Shown here piece after piece: positions 39,330-48,374 of a stretch of DNA of 64,000 nucleotides. Position 1 is the stretch's first letter, and the number at the start of each line of letters is the position of its first letter. The notes beneath the pieces are model-generated. The model did not search any database and had not been told where the DNA came from. It saw only the letters and a list, made by a program, of their open reading frames with translations. The DNA is from an uncultured Pseudomonadales bacterium. Lineage in GTDB: Bacteria > Patescibacteriota > Microgenomatia > UBA1400 > MFAQ01. Made by a program: the position numbers and the translations under genes. The stretch lies in the NCBI GenBank assembly GCA_964357975.1, contig CAYHNG010000004.1, positions 6,380 to 70,379 on the forward strand, given 5' to 3'.

Positions 39330-40406
39330 ATGAACTATCTAGACAACCACAAGAGCTATCGGCAGCAGGACCCGGATAATATTTATGATTCTCTATCCAA
39401 ATTCGGTAGACAAATCGAGTCCGGTTGGCATCATGCCGAATTCGCCAATCTCGATTTCGATCCGGATAATATCCAAAACATCGTTTTTACCGGTATGGGT
39501 GGTAGCAATCTTTCGGCTGAAGTAGTTCACTCTCTGGCACCCTTTCTGCTATCAATTCCCTTTGAAATTGTCGCGAACTATCGTTTACCTTCGTATGCCG
39601 GTAAAAAGACACTTGTCATTCTCTCCAGTTATTCAGGGAACACGGAAGAAATTATCTCCTGTGCACAGGACGCTTCCATGAGAAGCTGCCCGTCGGTTTG
39701 TCTTACAACAGGTGGTAAGCTCAAAGAAGTTTCTCAAACTCAACAGTTACCACTTATTGAGCTTGACGAAAAATTTAATCCCTCCCGATCTCCCAGAGCT
39801 GGTATTTGTTTGTCGTTGGGTGCTGTAATTGGCCTTCTGCTTCGCTTAAATCCTCCAGCCAAAAAATACTTCAACAAAAAAGATATTATCCAAACAGTCG
39901 ACCGCATCATTGATATGGTCAATATTCACAAAGACACTCAGGAAAATCCGGCCAAATCACTCGCTCAGAAGCACAAAGGACAAGGAATCATTTTTCTCTC
40001 GGCCAATCACCTTTCCGGGTTAGGTAAGGTATTTGGCAACTATCTCAACGAGACTGCTAAGACGTTTGCTGTTCACCATAGTTTCCCTGATCTCAACCAT
40101 CATTTTCTGGAGGGACTCTTATACCCCACCTCTCTCAAAGACGATCTCTCTTTTCTGATTCTTAATTCAGGTGTTTTTCCGGAAGTCATCCAAAAAAGAA
40201 TTAGGATTACCCGCGATGTTTTACTCAAGCAGAAATATCGGGTCACTGTTATTAAGCCGGAAACCGCCGATCCGGTGCTTCAAATCTTTGAGTCACTGGT
40301 CTTTTTGATGATGTTTGGTTATTATTTAGGTATAGTTAACAAAGTCAATCCGGCCAGTAATCCGTGGGTAGACTACCTAAAAAGCCAGTTATCATCTTCA
40401 AACTGA
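39330..40406 (+). CDS. Bifunctional phosphoglucose/phosphomannose isomerase (SIS family)
   Basis: GMGGS, SYSGNTEE, PRAG, NETAK and DLNHH motifs. Confidence 0.88.
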   Translation: MNYLDNHKSYRQQDPDNIYDSLSKFGRQIESGWHHAEFANLDFDPDNIQNIVFTGMGGSNLSAEVVHSLAPFLLSIPFEIVANYRLPSYAGKKTLVILSSYSGNTEEIISCAQDASMRSCPSVCLTTGGKLKEVSQTQQLPLIELDEKFNPSRSPRAGICLSLGAVIGLLLRLNPPAKKYFNKKDIIQTVDRIIDMVNIHKDTQENPAKSLAQKHKGQGIIFLSANHLSGLGKVFGNYLNETAKTFAVHHSFPDLNHHFLEGLLYPTSLKDDLSFLILNSGVFPEVIQKRIRITRDVLLKQKYRVTVIKPETADPVLQIFESLVFLMMFGYYLGIVNKVNPASNPWVDYLKSQLSSSN

Positions 40407-40435
40407 AATATACAATATAAAATTTAAAATCCAAA

Positions 40436-42712
40436 ATGCCCCAAATGCCTGCCCTGGTACTTCCGTTTAGTAAAATCAGAAAAGAGGATATTCCCCTGGT
40501 CGGAGGGAAGGGGGCTAATCTGGGCGAAATGTATAACTATGGCATTCCTGTTCCAAACGGATTTGTCGTTACTGCCCATGCCTATCAATACGTTATTGAC
40601 CACAATGCTCTCCAGCCGGTCATCAGGGAAATCATTAGGCAAACTGAAGTCACGAATCAAAAAGAACTTGAAAAAGCTTCCATCAAGATCCAGCGTTTAA
40701 TTAATACCGCCGATATACCTTCGGAGCTAACATCAGAAATCTTCAGTCGCTATCAGTCTCTTAAACCGGGAGAGAAGCAACCCTTAGTTGCTGTTCGTTC
40801 GTCCGCCACCGCCGAAGATTTACCGGATGCCTCTTTCGCCGGTCAACAAGAATCCTACTTGGATATCAAAGGGGAGTCCAATGTTTTACAGGCAGTTCGC
40901 AAAGCGTGGGCTTCCCTCTGGGGTGCCAGAGCTATCTTCTATCGAGCAACAAAGGGTTACGATCATTTCAAAGTCCAGTTGGCCGTACCGGTACAGCTCA
41001 TGATTCAATCGGAGGTTTCCGGAGTCGTCTTTTCGGTCAATCCCGTAAGCCGTAACAAAAATCAGGTTGTCGTTGAGGCGGTTTGGGGGTTAGGTGATTA
41101 CATGGTTCAAGGGGTCGTTAATCCCGATCACTATATAGTGAACAAGGATTCTATGACCATTCACTCTCGCCAGTTTGTTCCTCAAACCATTATGGAAATA
41201 ATGCAATATCCCAGCGGTGTTAAAAAAGTAAATGTTCCCAAAGAAAAAATAAATTTGAGGAAACTAACCGACGAACAGGTAATCGAGGTTGCCAAACTCT
41301 CTGCCAAAGTCCACCAACACTATTTCTTTCCTCAAGATAGCGAGTTTGCAGTAGAAGGTGGCAAGATATATTTAGTTCAAACCCGGCCTATCACTACACT
41401 GGATATGGGAAAAGGGGCCAAACATATCTCCGAAGACCAAATCCTGAAACTTACCCAAGTACTACAAGGCGAACCGGCTTCTTTTGGAATAGGTTTCGGT
41501 AAAGTTGTCAAAATTAAGTCAGCGAGTGAGATCAACAAGGTCAAGGAAGGTGACGTCTTGGTGACGGAAATGACCTCACCCGATTTCGTTCCGGCCATGA
41601 AAAGAGCTGCGGCCATAGTTACCGACAAGGGTGGTCAAACTTCACATGCCGCTATTGTTTCTCGCGAACTTGGCGTTCCCGCTGTGGTTGGAACCAAAAT
41701 AGCCACCAAAACGCTCAAGGACGATCAGATAATCACCGTCAACGGATCTACGGGGACTATTTATAACGGCGTCCCCGAAAAGGGGAAGGCTGTCGAACAA
41801 AAAGATTTCAAAGAGGCGGAGTTTCCCAAGACCGCCACTCGAGTCTATGTCAATCTGGGAGAGCCGGACTTGGCTCCGGTGGTCGCGCAAGGTAATGCAG
41901 ACGGCGTCGGCCTGCTCAGAGCCGAGTTTATGATGGCCCAAATCGGAGTCCATCCCAAAAAGATGATTCACGACGGAAAAGAAAAAATCTTTATCGAAAA
42001 ACTAGCCGAAAGTTTAGCCAAATTCACGTATAGTTTTGGAGACAGACCTATTGTTTACCGCGCCTCCGATTTTAAAACCAACGAATACCGCAATTTGGTC
42101 GGTGGCCAAGCGTATGAACCCATTGAACCAAACCCCATGCTTGGCTTTCGAGGAGCCTACCGTTATATTAGCGATGAGTCGGTTTTCAATTTGGAGCTCG
42201 AAGCCATCAAAACCGTTAGAAACAAAATGGGTCACAAGAATCTTCATCTTATGATTCCTTTTGTTCGTACCGTAGATGAATTAATTAAGGTCAAACGCAT
42301 TGTTTCGGCTTCCGGGTTAACCAGATCAAATACCTTTAAGCTTTGGATGATGGTGGAGATTCCTTCTAATGTCATCTTACTCGAAGATTTTATTCAGGTC
42401 GGTATCGACGGAGTCTCTATTGGCAGTAACGACCTCACCATGCTCATACTCGGCACCGACCGAGATAATGAAACTGTGGCGCCTGAGTTTGATGAAAGAA
42501 ATCCTGCCGTAACCTGGGCTTTGGAACATGTTGTCAAAACGGCCGCCAAACACCACATCACCAGCTCACTTTGTGGTCAAGCCGCCAGTTTATATCCCGA
42601 TTTGGTCGAAAAATTGGTCGGCTGGGGAATTTCTTCAGTCTCAGTCAGTCCGGATGCCGTAGATAACACTCGTCGTGTAATTGCCCAAATCGAAAAGCGC
42701 CTATTAAAATAG
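40436..42712 (+). CDS. ppsA: Phosphoenolpyruvate synthase
   Basis: VGGKGANLGEM, VRSSATAED, TSHAAIVSRELG and SIGSNDLT motifs. Confidence 0.95.
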   Translation: MPQMPALVLPFSKIRKEDIPLVGGKGANLGEMYNYGIPVPNGFVVTAHAYQYVIDHNALQPVIREIIRQTEVTNQKELEKASIKIQRLINTADIPSELTSEIFSRYQSLKPGEKQPLVAVRSSATAEDLPDASFAGQQESYLDIKGESNVLQAVRKAWASLWGARAIFYRATKGYDHFKVQLAVPVQLMIQSEVSGVVFSVNPVSRNKNQVVVEAVWGLGDYMVQGVVNPDHYIVNKDSMTIHSRQFVPQTIMEIMQYPSGVKKVNVPKEKINLRKLTDEQVIEVAKLSAKVHQHYFFPQDSEFAVEGGKIYLVQTRPITTLDMGKGAKHISEDQILKLTQVLQGEPASFGIGFGKVVKIKSASEINKVKEGDVLVTEMTSPDFVPAMKRAAAIVTDKGGQTSHAAIVSRELGVPAVVGTKIATKTLKDDQIITVNGSTGTIYNGVPEKGKAVEQKDFKEAEFPKTATRVYVNLGEPDLAPVVAQGNADGVGLLRAEFMMAQIGVHPKKMIHDGKEKIFIEKLAESLAKFTYSFGDRPIVYRASDFKTNEYRNLVGGQAYEPIEPNPMLGFRGAYRYISDESVFNLELEAIKTVRNKMGHKNLHLMIPFVRTVDELIKVKRIVSASGLTRSNTFKLWMMVEIPSNVILLEDFIQVGIDGVSIGSNDLTMLILGTDRDNETVAPEFDERNPAVTWALEHVVKTAAKHHITSSLCGQAASLYPDLVEKLVGWGISSVSVSPDAVDNTRRVIAQIEKRLLK

Positions 42713-42713
42713 T

Positions 42714-42749
42714 TGTCATTCCGACCGAAGTGGAGGAATCTCACTCCAT
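42714..42749 (+). repeat. GTCAT-tagged REP-like palindromic element 4
   Basis: TGTCATTCCGACCGAAGTGGAGGAATCTCACTCCAT, 2 nt after the ppsA stop. Confidence 0.7.
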
Positions 42750-42793
42750 AAATAAATCTGAAATTTACAATATAAAATATACAATATTCTGTA

Positions 42794-44068
42794 ATGCCCA
42801 AAATCAAATCAGTCTACGCCAGAGAAATCCTGGATTCTCGGGGAAACCCGACCATCGAAACCACCATCTGGTCAGACTCCAATCATGGTGCGGTAGCGTC
42901 AATTCCCAGCGGGGCTTCAACCGGACGGCTCGAAGCCTATGAACTACGAGATGGTGACCCCAATCGCTTTGGTGGCATGGGGGTTTTGAAAGCTTGCGCC
43001 AGCGTCAATCAAATTCTTAGTAAATATCTGATTGGATTAGATCCGCTCAAGCAAAACGAAATTGACCAAGTCTTGCTCAATCTTGATGGCACGGCCAATA
43101 AATCTAAGCTAGGTGCCAACGCGATTCTCTCGGTCTCTCAGGCCTCTTTTGAGCTGGGAGCGGCCTGTGCCCAAATGCCTACCTTCGAATATGCCGCACA
43201 AAAATATGGCCTGGCCACACCCTCAGCCCTACATTTACCTACACCCATCTTCAATATGGTCAACGGAGGCAAACACGGAGCCGGAAACTTGGACTTTCAG
43301 GAATACCATTGTATTCCATCCAGTCGAAAAAAATTTTCCGACGCACTGGAGATGGGAAGCGAACTTTATCATCTTCTAAAAAGGGTTCTTACCGAAAAGA
43401 AGGCCATTCACTCGGTCGGCGACGAAGGAGGCTATGCTCCAAATTTGTTTTCCAATACGGACGCGATAGAGCTTTTGGTAGAAACGATAGAATCCAGCAA
43501 GTACAAACTTAATGAGGATGTCTATCTAGGACTAGACGTCGCCGCCTCATCTTTTTTTAGTAGTGGAAAATACCAAGTTAGCGACGTCAAAGAATCCCTA
43601 ACCGGCACTCAGTTTGGAGATTTCCTGATTGACTTGGTCAAAAAATACAATCTTCTTTCGATCGAGGATCCTTTTGATCAAGACGCTTGGGGAGACTGGG
43701 AAAACTTTACAACCAGCGTGGGAAAACAGCTCATGGTCGTCGGAGATGATTTGTTGGTTACCAACAAAAGTCGGCTTGAAGAGGCTATCAAGAGGAACGC
43801 GTGTAACACGGTTCTCATCAAACCAAACCAAATCGGTACGATATCGGAAACCGTCTCGGTGATTAAGTTAGCCCGAAAAAACGAAATGTCTATCATCGTT
43901 TCTCACCGTTCCGGTGATACCGACGAAGATTTTCTCGCAGATTTCGCAGTGGGTATGGGGGCCGACTTCGTAAAGTTTGGCGCTCCGGGTAGGGGAGAGA
44001 GGGTAACAAAATACAACCGGCTACTTTTTATTCAAGAATACCTCGAGAGCCTCAACGCACAGTCATGA
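42794..44068 (+). CDS. eno: Enolase
   Basis: REILDSRGNPT, PSGASTG, GDEGG, IKPNQIGT and SHRSG motifs. Confidence 0.97.
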   Translation: MPKIKSVYAREILDSRGNPTIETTIWSDSNHGAVASIPSGASTGRLEAYELRDGDPNRFGGMGVLKACASVNQILSKYLIGLDPLKQNEIDQVLLNLDGTANKSKLGANAILSVSQASFELGAACAQMPTFEYAAQKYGLATPSALHLPTPIFNMVNGGKHGAGNLDFQEYHCIPSSRKKFSDALEMGSELYHLLKRVLTEKKAIHSVGDEGGYAPNLFSNTDAIELLVETIESSKYKLNEDVYLGLDVAASSFFSSGKYQVSDVKESLTGTQFGDFLIDLVKKYNLLSIEDPFDQDAWGDWENFTTSVGKQLMVVGDDLLVTNKSRLEEAIKRNACNTVLIKPNQIGTISETVSVIKLARKNEMSIIVSHRSGDTDEDFLADFAVGMGADFVKFGAPGRGERVTKYNRLLFIQEYLESLNAQS

Positions 44069-44101
44069 ACCACGCCATAAATTCGTCATCTCATTCCACT
44101 T

Positions 44102-45610
44102 ATGAATAAACGTGTCATCCTCTGCATTCTCGACGGCTGGGGTATTGCCCCGGATTCGCCGGGTAACGCGATTAGCCAGTCAAACCCCCAAACCTTCAAT
44201 TACCTTACGGAAAACTTTCCCCACACTCAACTTCTGGCGGCAGGACCTGCTGTCGGACTGCCTGAGGGTATGGACGGAAACAGCGAAACCGGACATCTCA
44301 ATATTGGCGCCGGTCGAGTGGTTTACCAAGATCTGGCGCTCATCAATATGGCCATTGCCGACGGCAGTTTCTTTACCAACAAGGCTCTTTTGGATACCGT
44401 TAAACATCTCAATTCTTTTGGCTCAAGACTTCATTTACTGGGCATGATTGGCTCTTCAGGGGTCCATTCCTTCAACGAGCATCTTTTTGCTCTTCTACTT
44501 TTTGCCAAGAATCAAAATGTTAAGCATGTTTTTCTTCATCTAATCATGGATGGTCGCGATAGTCCTCCGGATGAGGGGCTTTCTCAAATTAAGAAAATTC
44601 AAGAAGAAATCAAACGGCTTGGGGTGGGGGAAATCGTCTCAGTTCTGGGAAGATATTACGCCATGGATAGAGACAAACGCTGGGACAGAACCCAAATGGC
44701 TTTTGATTGTCTGGTCGGCTCGGACAGGGGAGTCGCCAACGATCCTCTCAACGTCATTCAAAATAGTTATAGTCAAGGTATCTATGACGAGTTTATCAAG
44801 CCGATTGCCTTAGGAGATAACTCTTCGGAATCTAGAATCAAGGCCGGAGACGATGTCGTCTTTTTTAATTTCAGAACCGATCGACCGAGACAGTTGACGG
44901 AATTATTTCTCAATTCGGGTATCCCAAACATGAGATTTGTCACCATGACTCAATATCGCAAATCATTTTCTAATCCTGTCATGTTTTCTACTACTACAGT
45001 TACCCAAACTCTGGGAGAAATAGTGTCTGACAATCATTTGCTTCAGTTGAGGGCCGCGGAGACCGAAAAGATTGCTATGGTTACCTACTATTTTAACGGT
45101 CAAAGCGAATCTACCTTCCCCGGTGAAGCCAGGTTATTTGTTGACTCACTTAAGATAGCGACTTACGATCTTCAACCCAGAATGTCCACCGATAAACTTA
45201 TTGCTGAATTTTCATACCAATATATAAAATATGACTTTAGTTTGGCAGTCATTAATATTGCTTGCCCTGATATGGTTGCCCATACCGGGAAAATTATGGA
45301 AACCAAAGAAGCTATCAAAGCCGCAGATGAGGCCCTTAATTCGCTTGTCAACCTTTCAAAAGATACCGGTAGCTATTTATTGATTACTGCCGATCATGGC
45401 AACGCCGAAGAATTGATAAATCTCCAAACCGGTGGGGTAGATACCGAACACTCCAACTTACCGGTGCCTTTTATACTTTTTCACCCCTCCGATTACCAGC
45501 TTCAGCTTCAGTCCGGCAAGCTAGGGGACATCGCCCCAACCATTCTAAACCTTTTAGAGCTTCCCCAACCTCCAGAAATGAACGGCAAAAACCTCATAAT
45601 TCGGCAATAG
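44102..45610 (+). CDS. gpmI: 2,3-bisphosphoglycerate-independent phosphoglycerate mutase
   Basis: ILDGWG, GNSETGH, DGRD, GRYYAMDRD, DMVAH and TADHGNAE motifs. Confidence 0.95.
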   Translation: MNKRVILCILDGWGIAPDSPGNAISQSNPQTFNYLTENFPHTQLLAAGPAVGLPEGMDGNSETGHLNIGAGRVVYQDLALINMAIADGSFFTNKALLDTVKHLNSFGSRLHLLGMIGSSGVHSFNEHLFALLLFAKNQNVKHVFLHLIMDGRDSPPDEGLSQIKKIQEEIKRLGVGEIVSVLGRYYAMDRDKRWDRTQMAFDCLVGSDRGVANDPLNVIQNSYSQGIYDEFIKPIALGDNSSESRIKAGDDVVFFNFRTDRPRQLTELFLNSGIPNMRFVTMTQYRKSFSNPVMFSTTTVTQTLGEIVSDNHLLQLRAAETEKIAMVTYYFNGQSESTFPGEARLFVDSLKIATYDLQPRMSTDKLIAEFSYQYIKYDFSLAVINIACPDMVAHTGKIMETKEAIKAADEALNSLVNLSKDTGSYLLITADHGNAEELINLQTGGVDTEHSNLPVPFILFHPSDYQLQLQSGKLGDIAPTILNLLELPQPPEMNGKNLIIRQ

Positions 45611-45688
45611 CCATGATTATGTCTTGACTTTTGTTCTTCTAGACTTATAATACACCCAGTCAAACCATAGCACCTTAACGGAGGTAGA

Positions 45689-46156
45689 ATGAGTTTTCTA
45701 AATGCCAAACGTTTGTTGGTCAGAGCCACCGGTATAAACACCTATCGAACTATAAGAATTTCTACGACCGGAAATATTCTTCGTATCGTTCCTTTGAAAA
45801 ATAAACAGCTTTGGCAACATAATCTCCCGGCCTTTGAGAAACTATTCCAATTGGCCAGGAAACATGGGGTGGTTAATAATCTCTCTACTTTCACGTCCTA
45901 TCTTAAACGCTCCCTTGATGATCTCAGGGAAGAGCGTCCCATTGAAAATAGTTGGGACCAACTTTATAGACTTATCGTACTGGCGATTCACTATTATTTG
46001 TTGACGTACACCGAGACCATTACCTACGAAACCGATCCGGAATGGCATATTGGTGGTTCCGATGAAAAACACAATTGGATCAACGACGTAAATTCCACTA
46101 CCAGGCTTATCGGCCAGATGTTAGGCGAAAGCCCTCTTCTCTTTTATTCTGCATAA
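45689..46156 (+). CDS. Hypothetical protein
   Basis: 155 aa with TTGACT..TATAAT promoter, GGAGG SD and an ATCCCC/GGGGAT-T6 terminator at the stop. Confidence 0.7.
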   Translation: MSFLNAKRLLVRATGINTYRTIRISTTGNILRIVPLKNKQLWQHNLPAFEKLFQLARKHGVVNNLSTFTSYLKRSLDDLREERPIENSWDQLYRLIVLAIHYYLLTYTETITYETDPEWHIGGSDEKHNWINDVNSTTRLIGQMLGESPLLFYSA

Positions 46157-46181
46157 ATCCCCTGAGGGGGATTTTTTGTAA

Positions 46182-46883
46182 CTAAACCAAAGACACCACC
46201 ATTGTCGACTCACCTTTAAGTTTGGTATTTCTCACCATCTCCAGAATCTCTACAATCGAACCCCTAAATATTTTTTCCGATACTTTTGTGAGATCTACAG
46301 CTAGACACATTCGAACGTCTTCGCCAAAAATCTCCATCATCTCGCCGATAATTTTTTCAAGTCTCACAGTAGATTCGTAGATCACAATCGACAAGTTCAT
46401 CGTTTTCGACACGCCTTTTATATTATTCAGCATCTCCGCTCTTTTTCCTGGTTTCTTCGGTAAAAATCCAACAAATAAATACTTATCTGTAGGTAGACCA
46501 GAGATAGCCAGAGCGGCACTTTCTGCCGTAGGACCGGGCACTACACTAACATCCCATCCAAGAGCAAGCCCTTCGTGCACCAGTTTGTATCCTGGGTCGG
46601 AAATCAAAGGCATACCTGCATCACTTACCAGCACCGCTTCCTCCAACCCATTCATTTCCTGCAACAAAGAGGGGAGTACTCGGTACTCGTTAAAATCATT
46701 GACAAACTTTAGTCTAGGTTTACTCACCTGGACTTTCCCTAGTGACACTAGTTTGGTCCACAAATTGCTAAACATTCTGGTGTCCTCACAAACAATAAAC
46801 TTCGTCTCAGATAGAGCTTTTAGTGCCCGAGCCGAAATATCCTCTACGTTGCCAATGGGCAAGCCTACGATAGTCAGTTTCAT
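46182..46883 (-). CDS. rsmI: 16S rRNA C1402 2'-O-methyltransferase
   Basis: PIGNVEDIS.RA, CEDTR, VSDAGMPLISDPG and GFLP motifs. Confidence 0.92.
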   Translation of the reverse strand: MKLTIVGLPIGNVEDISARALKALSETKFIVCEDTRMFSNLWTKLVSLGKVQVSKPRLKFVNDFNEYRVLPSLLQEMNGLEEAVLVSDAGMPLISDPGYKLVHEGLALGWDVSVVPGPTAESAALAISGLPTDKYLFVGFLPKKPGKRAEMLNNIKGVSKTMNLSIVIYESTVRLEKIIGEMMEIFGEDVRMCLAVDLTKVSEKIFRGSIVEILEMVRNTKLKGESTMVVSLV

Positions 46884-46937
46884 TGATGTATTATAATACC
46901 TTAAGATATTGCACCCTGACCTTATAAGGAGTTGATG

Positions 46938-47156
46938 ATGCCCAACAAGCCTTTTATTCAGTTTGTATTTTCAAGCCTTGATGATGAAATAGTAAAAAAC
47001 GCTTCGGAGCACAAAGTGGCGGAACTAGTAAAGGCAGGCTATTCAGTAAAGGTCTTTAAAGAGAACTATCTTTCTGTTTGGGACAACGGTACCACTCATA
47101 TGATTATCCAAACGACTGTAATGGCAACCATGACTGATAAAGTTGAAATAAACTAA
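46938..47156 (+). CDS. Hypothetical small protein
   Basis: About 72 aa, TATAAT and AAGGAG SD, followed by a terminator. Confidence 0.6.
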   Translation: MPNKPFIQFVFSSLDDEIVKNASEHKVAELVKAGYSVKVFKENYLSVWDNGTTHMIIQTTVMATMTDKVEIN

Positions 47157-47169
47157 AGTGGCACTCGAC

Positions 47170-47195
47170 AAAACCCCTCTAATTTGAGGGGTTTT
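47170..47195. terminator. Bidirectional intrinsic terminator
   Basis: AAAACCCCTC-taattt-GAGGGGTTTT between convergent genes. Confidence 0.8.
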
Positions 47196-47197
47196 CC

Positions 47198-47818
47198 TTA
47201 GGCGTATTTCCTTATCACACCCACACATTTTCCCTGAACTTTTACGTTTATGGCAAAAATTGGAGACATGGAAGAGTTTGCAGGCTCAAGACGTACTCGG
47301 GTTCTTTCCCGAAAAAACCTCTTTAGAGTGGCGAGTCCGTTTTCCAATAGTGCCACAACAATATCGCCATCTTTTACAGCCCCTATTTCACACTCTTCAA
47401 TCAGTACAAAGTCATGGTCAAATATTCCTTCCTCAATCATCGAATCCCCTTTCACTTGAAGCACAAAGGCCCTTTTCTTACCAGAAACCATTGACGAAGA
47501 AACCCTCATGGTGGCATTTGGATCAGTTAGTGGCTCAATCGGTCGTCCTGCTGCAATATAGCCCAAAATAGGGAGTTCTAAAGACGCCAATTCCACACTC
47601 GGCCTATCTACCACTTCAATCCCACGAATAGCTCCATCAAACTTTCGAATGATCCCTTTCTTTTCCAGGGCCTGTAAATGTTCGTGGATAGTAGCTAAAG
47701 AGGAGACGCCAATTGCATTTGCAATTTCCGAAAGAGTAGGGGAGTAGCCGTTCTTTTGAATAAACTGAGAAATAAATTCAACAATCTGTCTTTGTCTTTT
47801 GTATAGTGTTACGGCCAT
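47198..47818 (-). CDS. lexA: SOS repressor LexA
   Basis: RQRQI..GYSPTLSEIA winged helix, IAAG cleavage site, VKGDSM and TLKR. Confidence 0.95.
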   Translation of the reverse strand: MAVTLYKRQRQIVEFISQFIQKNGYSPTLSEIANAIGVSSLATIHEHLQALEKKGIIRKFDGAIRGIEVVDRPSVELASLELPILGYIAAGRPIEPLTDPNATMRVSSSMVSGKKRAFVLQVKGDSMIEEGIFDHDFVLIEECEIGAVKDGDIVVALLENGLATLKRFFRERTRVRLEPANSSMSPIFAINVKVQGKCVGVIRKYA

Positions 47819-48003
47819 AGATTCATTATTACCAAACAATACCCAAATGTCAACTAATAAAATCCAAACCATCAACAGCTAGTTTATTGTTCCTCAGCTT
47901 CGGCTGGGGCATTTCTATGCCTGCGATTTGACAACTCAGCCTCAATATGGTATTATATAGGACGTACCTTCAATTCAAGCTGCATCCGATAGGAGATAAT
48001 CTT

Positions 48004-48342
48004 ATGAAAAAGTGCCCCAATTGTTCGTATTCGAACCCTGATGTCAAGTTCTGCGCCGAGTGTGGCACCGATCTTCGAACTGTTGAAGTCAAGAAAACCT
48101 GCTACATAGCCATGAAAAGTGAGGACGGTGTATATACAGTCCGTGGAGAGCGCTATCCCACCCGTGAGGCATTTGAGGATGCTCACCTTAACATGATGCA
48201 CAACCTTGATGGCATCTTCGTCATCCACGCCTTTGTGGATGATCTGGTTACCGGTCAACCATTTACTCCGATCGGTATAGACAAGATCGTCAACTTCGGC
48301 ACCTTCCGCCGCTACGATCCATTCCCAATCACGCTCTCCTGA
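48004..48342 (+). CDS. Zinc-ribbon domain protein
   Basis: CPNC-x9-CAEC at the N-terminus. TTGACA promoter, AGGAG SD and a GCTCTCC/GGAGAGC-T5 terminator. Confidence 0.7.
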   Translation: MKKCPNCSYSNPDVKFCAECGTDLRTVEVKKTCYIAMKSEDGVYTVRGERYPTREAFEDAHLNMMHNLDGIFVIHAFVDDLVTGQPFTPIGIDKIVNFGTFRRYDPFPITLS

Positions 48343-48374
48343 AAGGGAGAGCTTTTTATGCGAAAATAGACCCA

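Noticed and set aside
47893-47910. C(UUCG)G hairpin between the lexA and zinc-ribbon promoters as an sRNA
   Set aside because: A single short hairpin with no clear promoter or U-tract, so there is not enough support.
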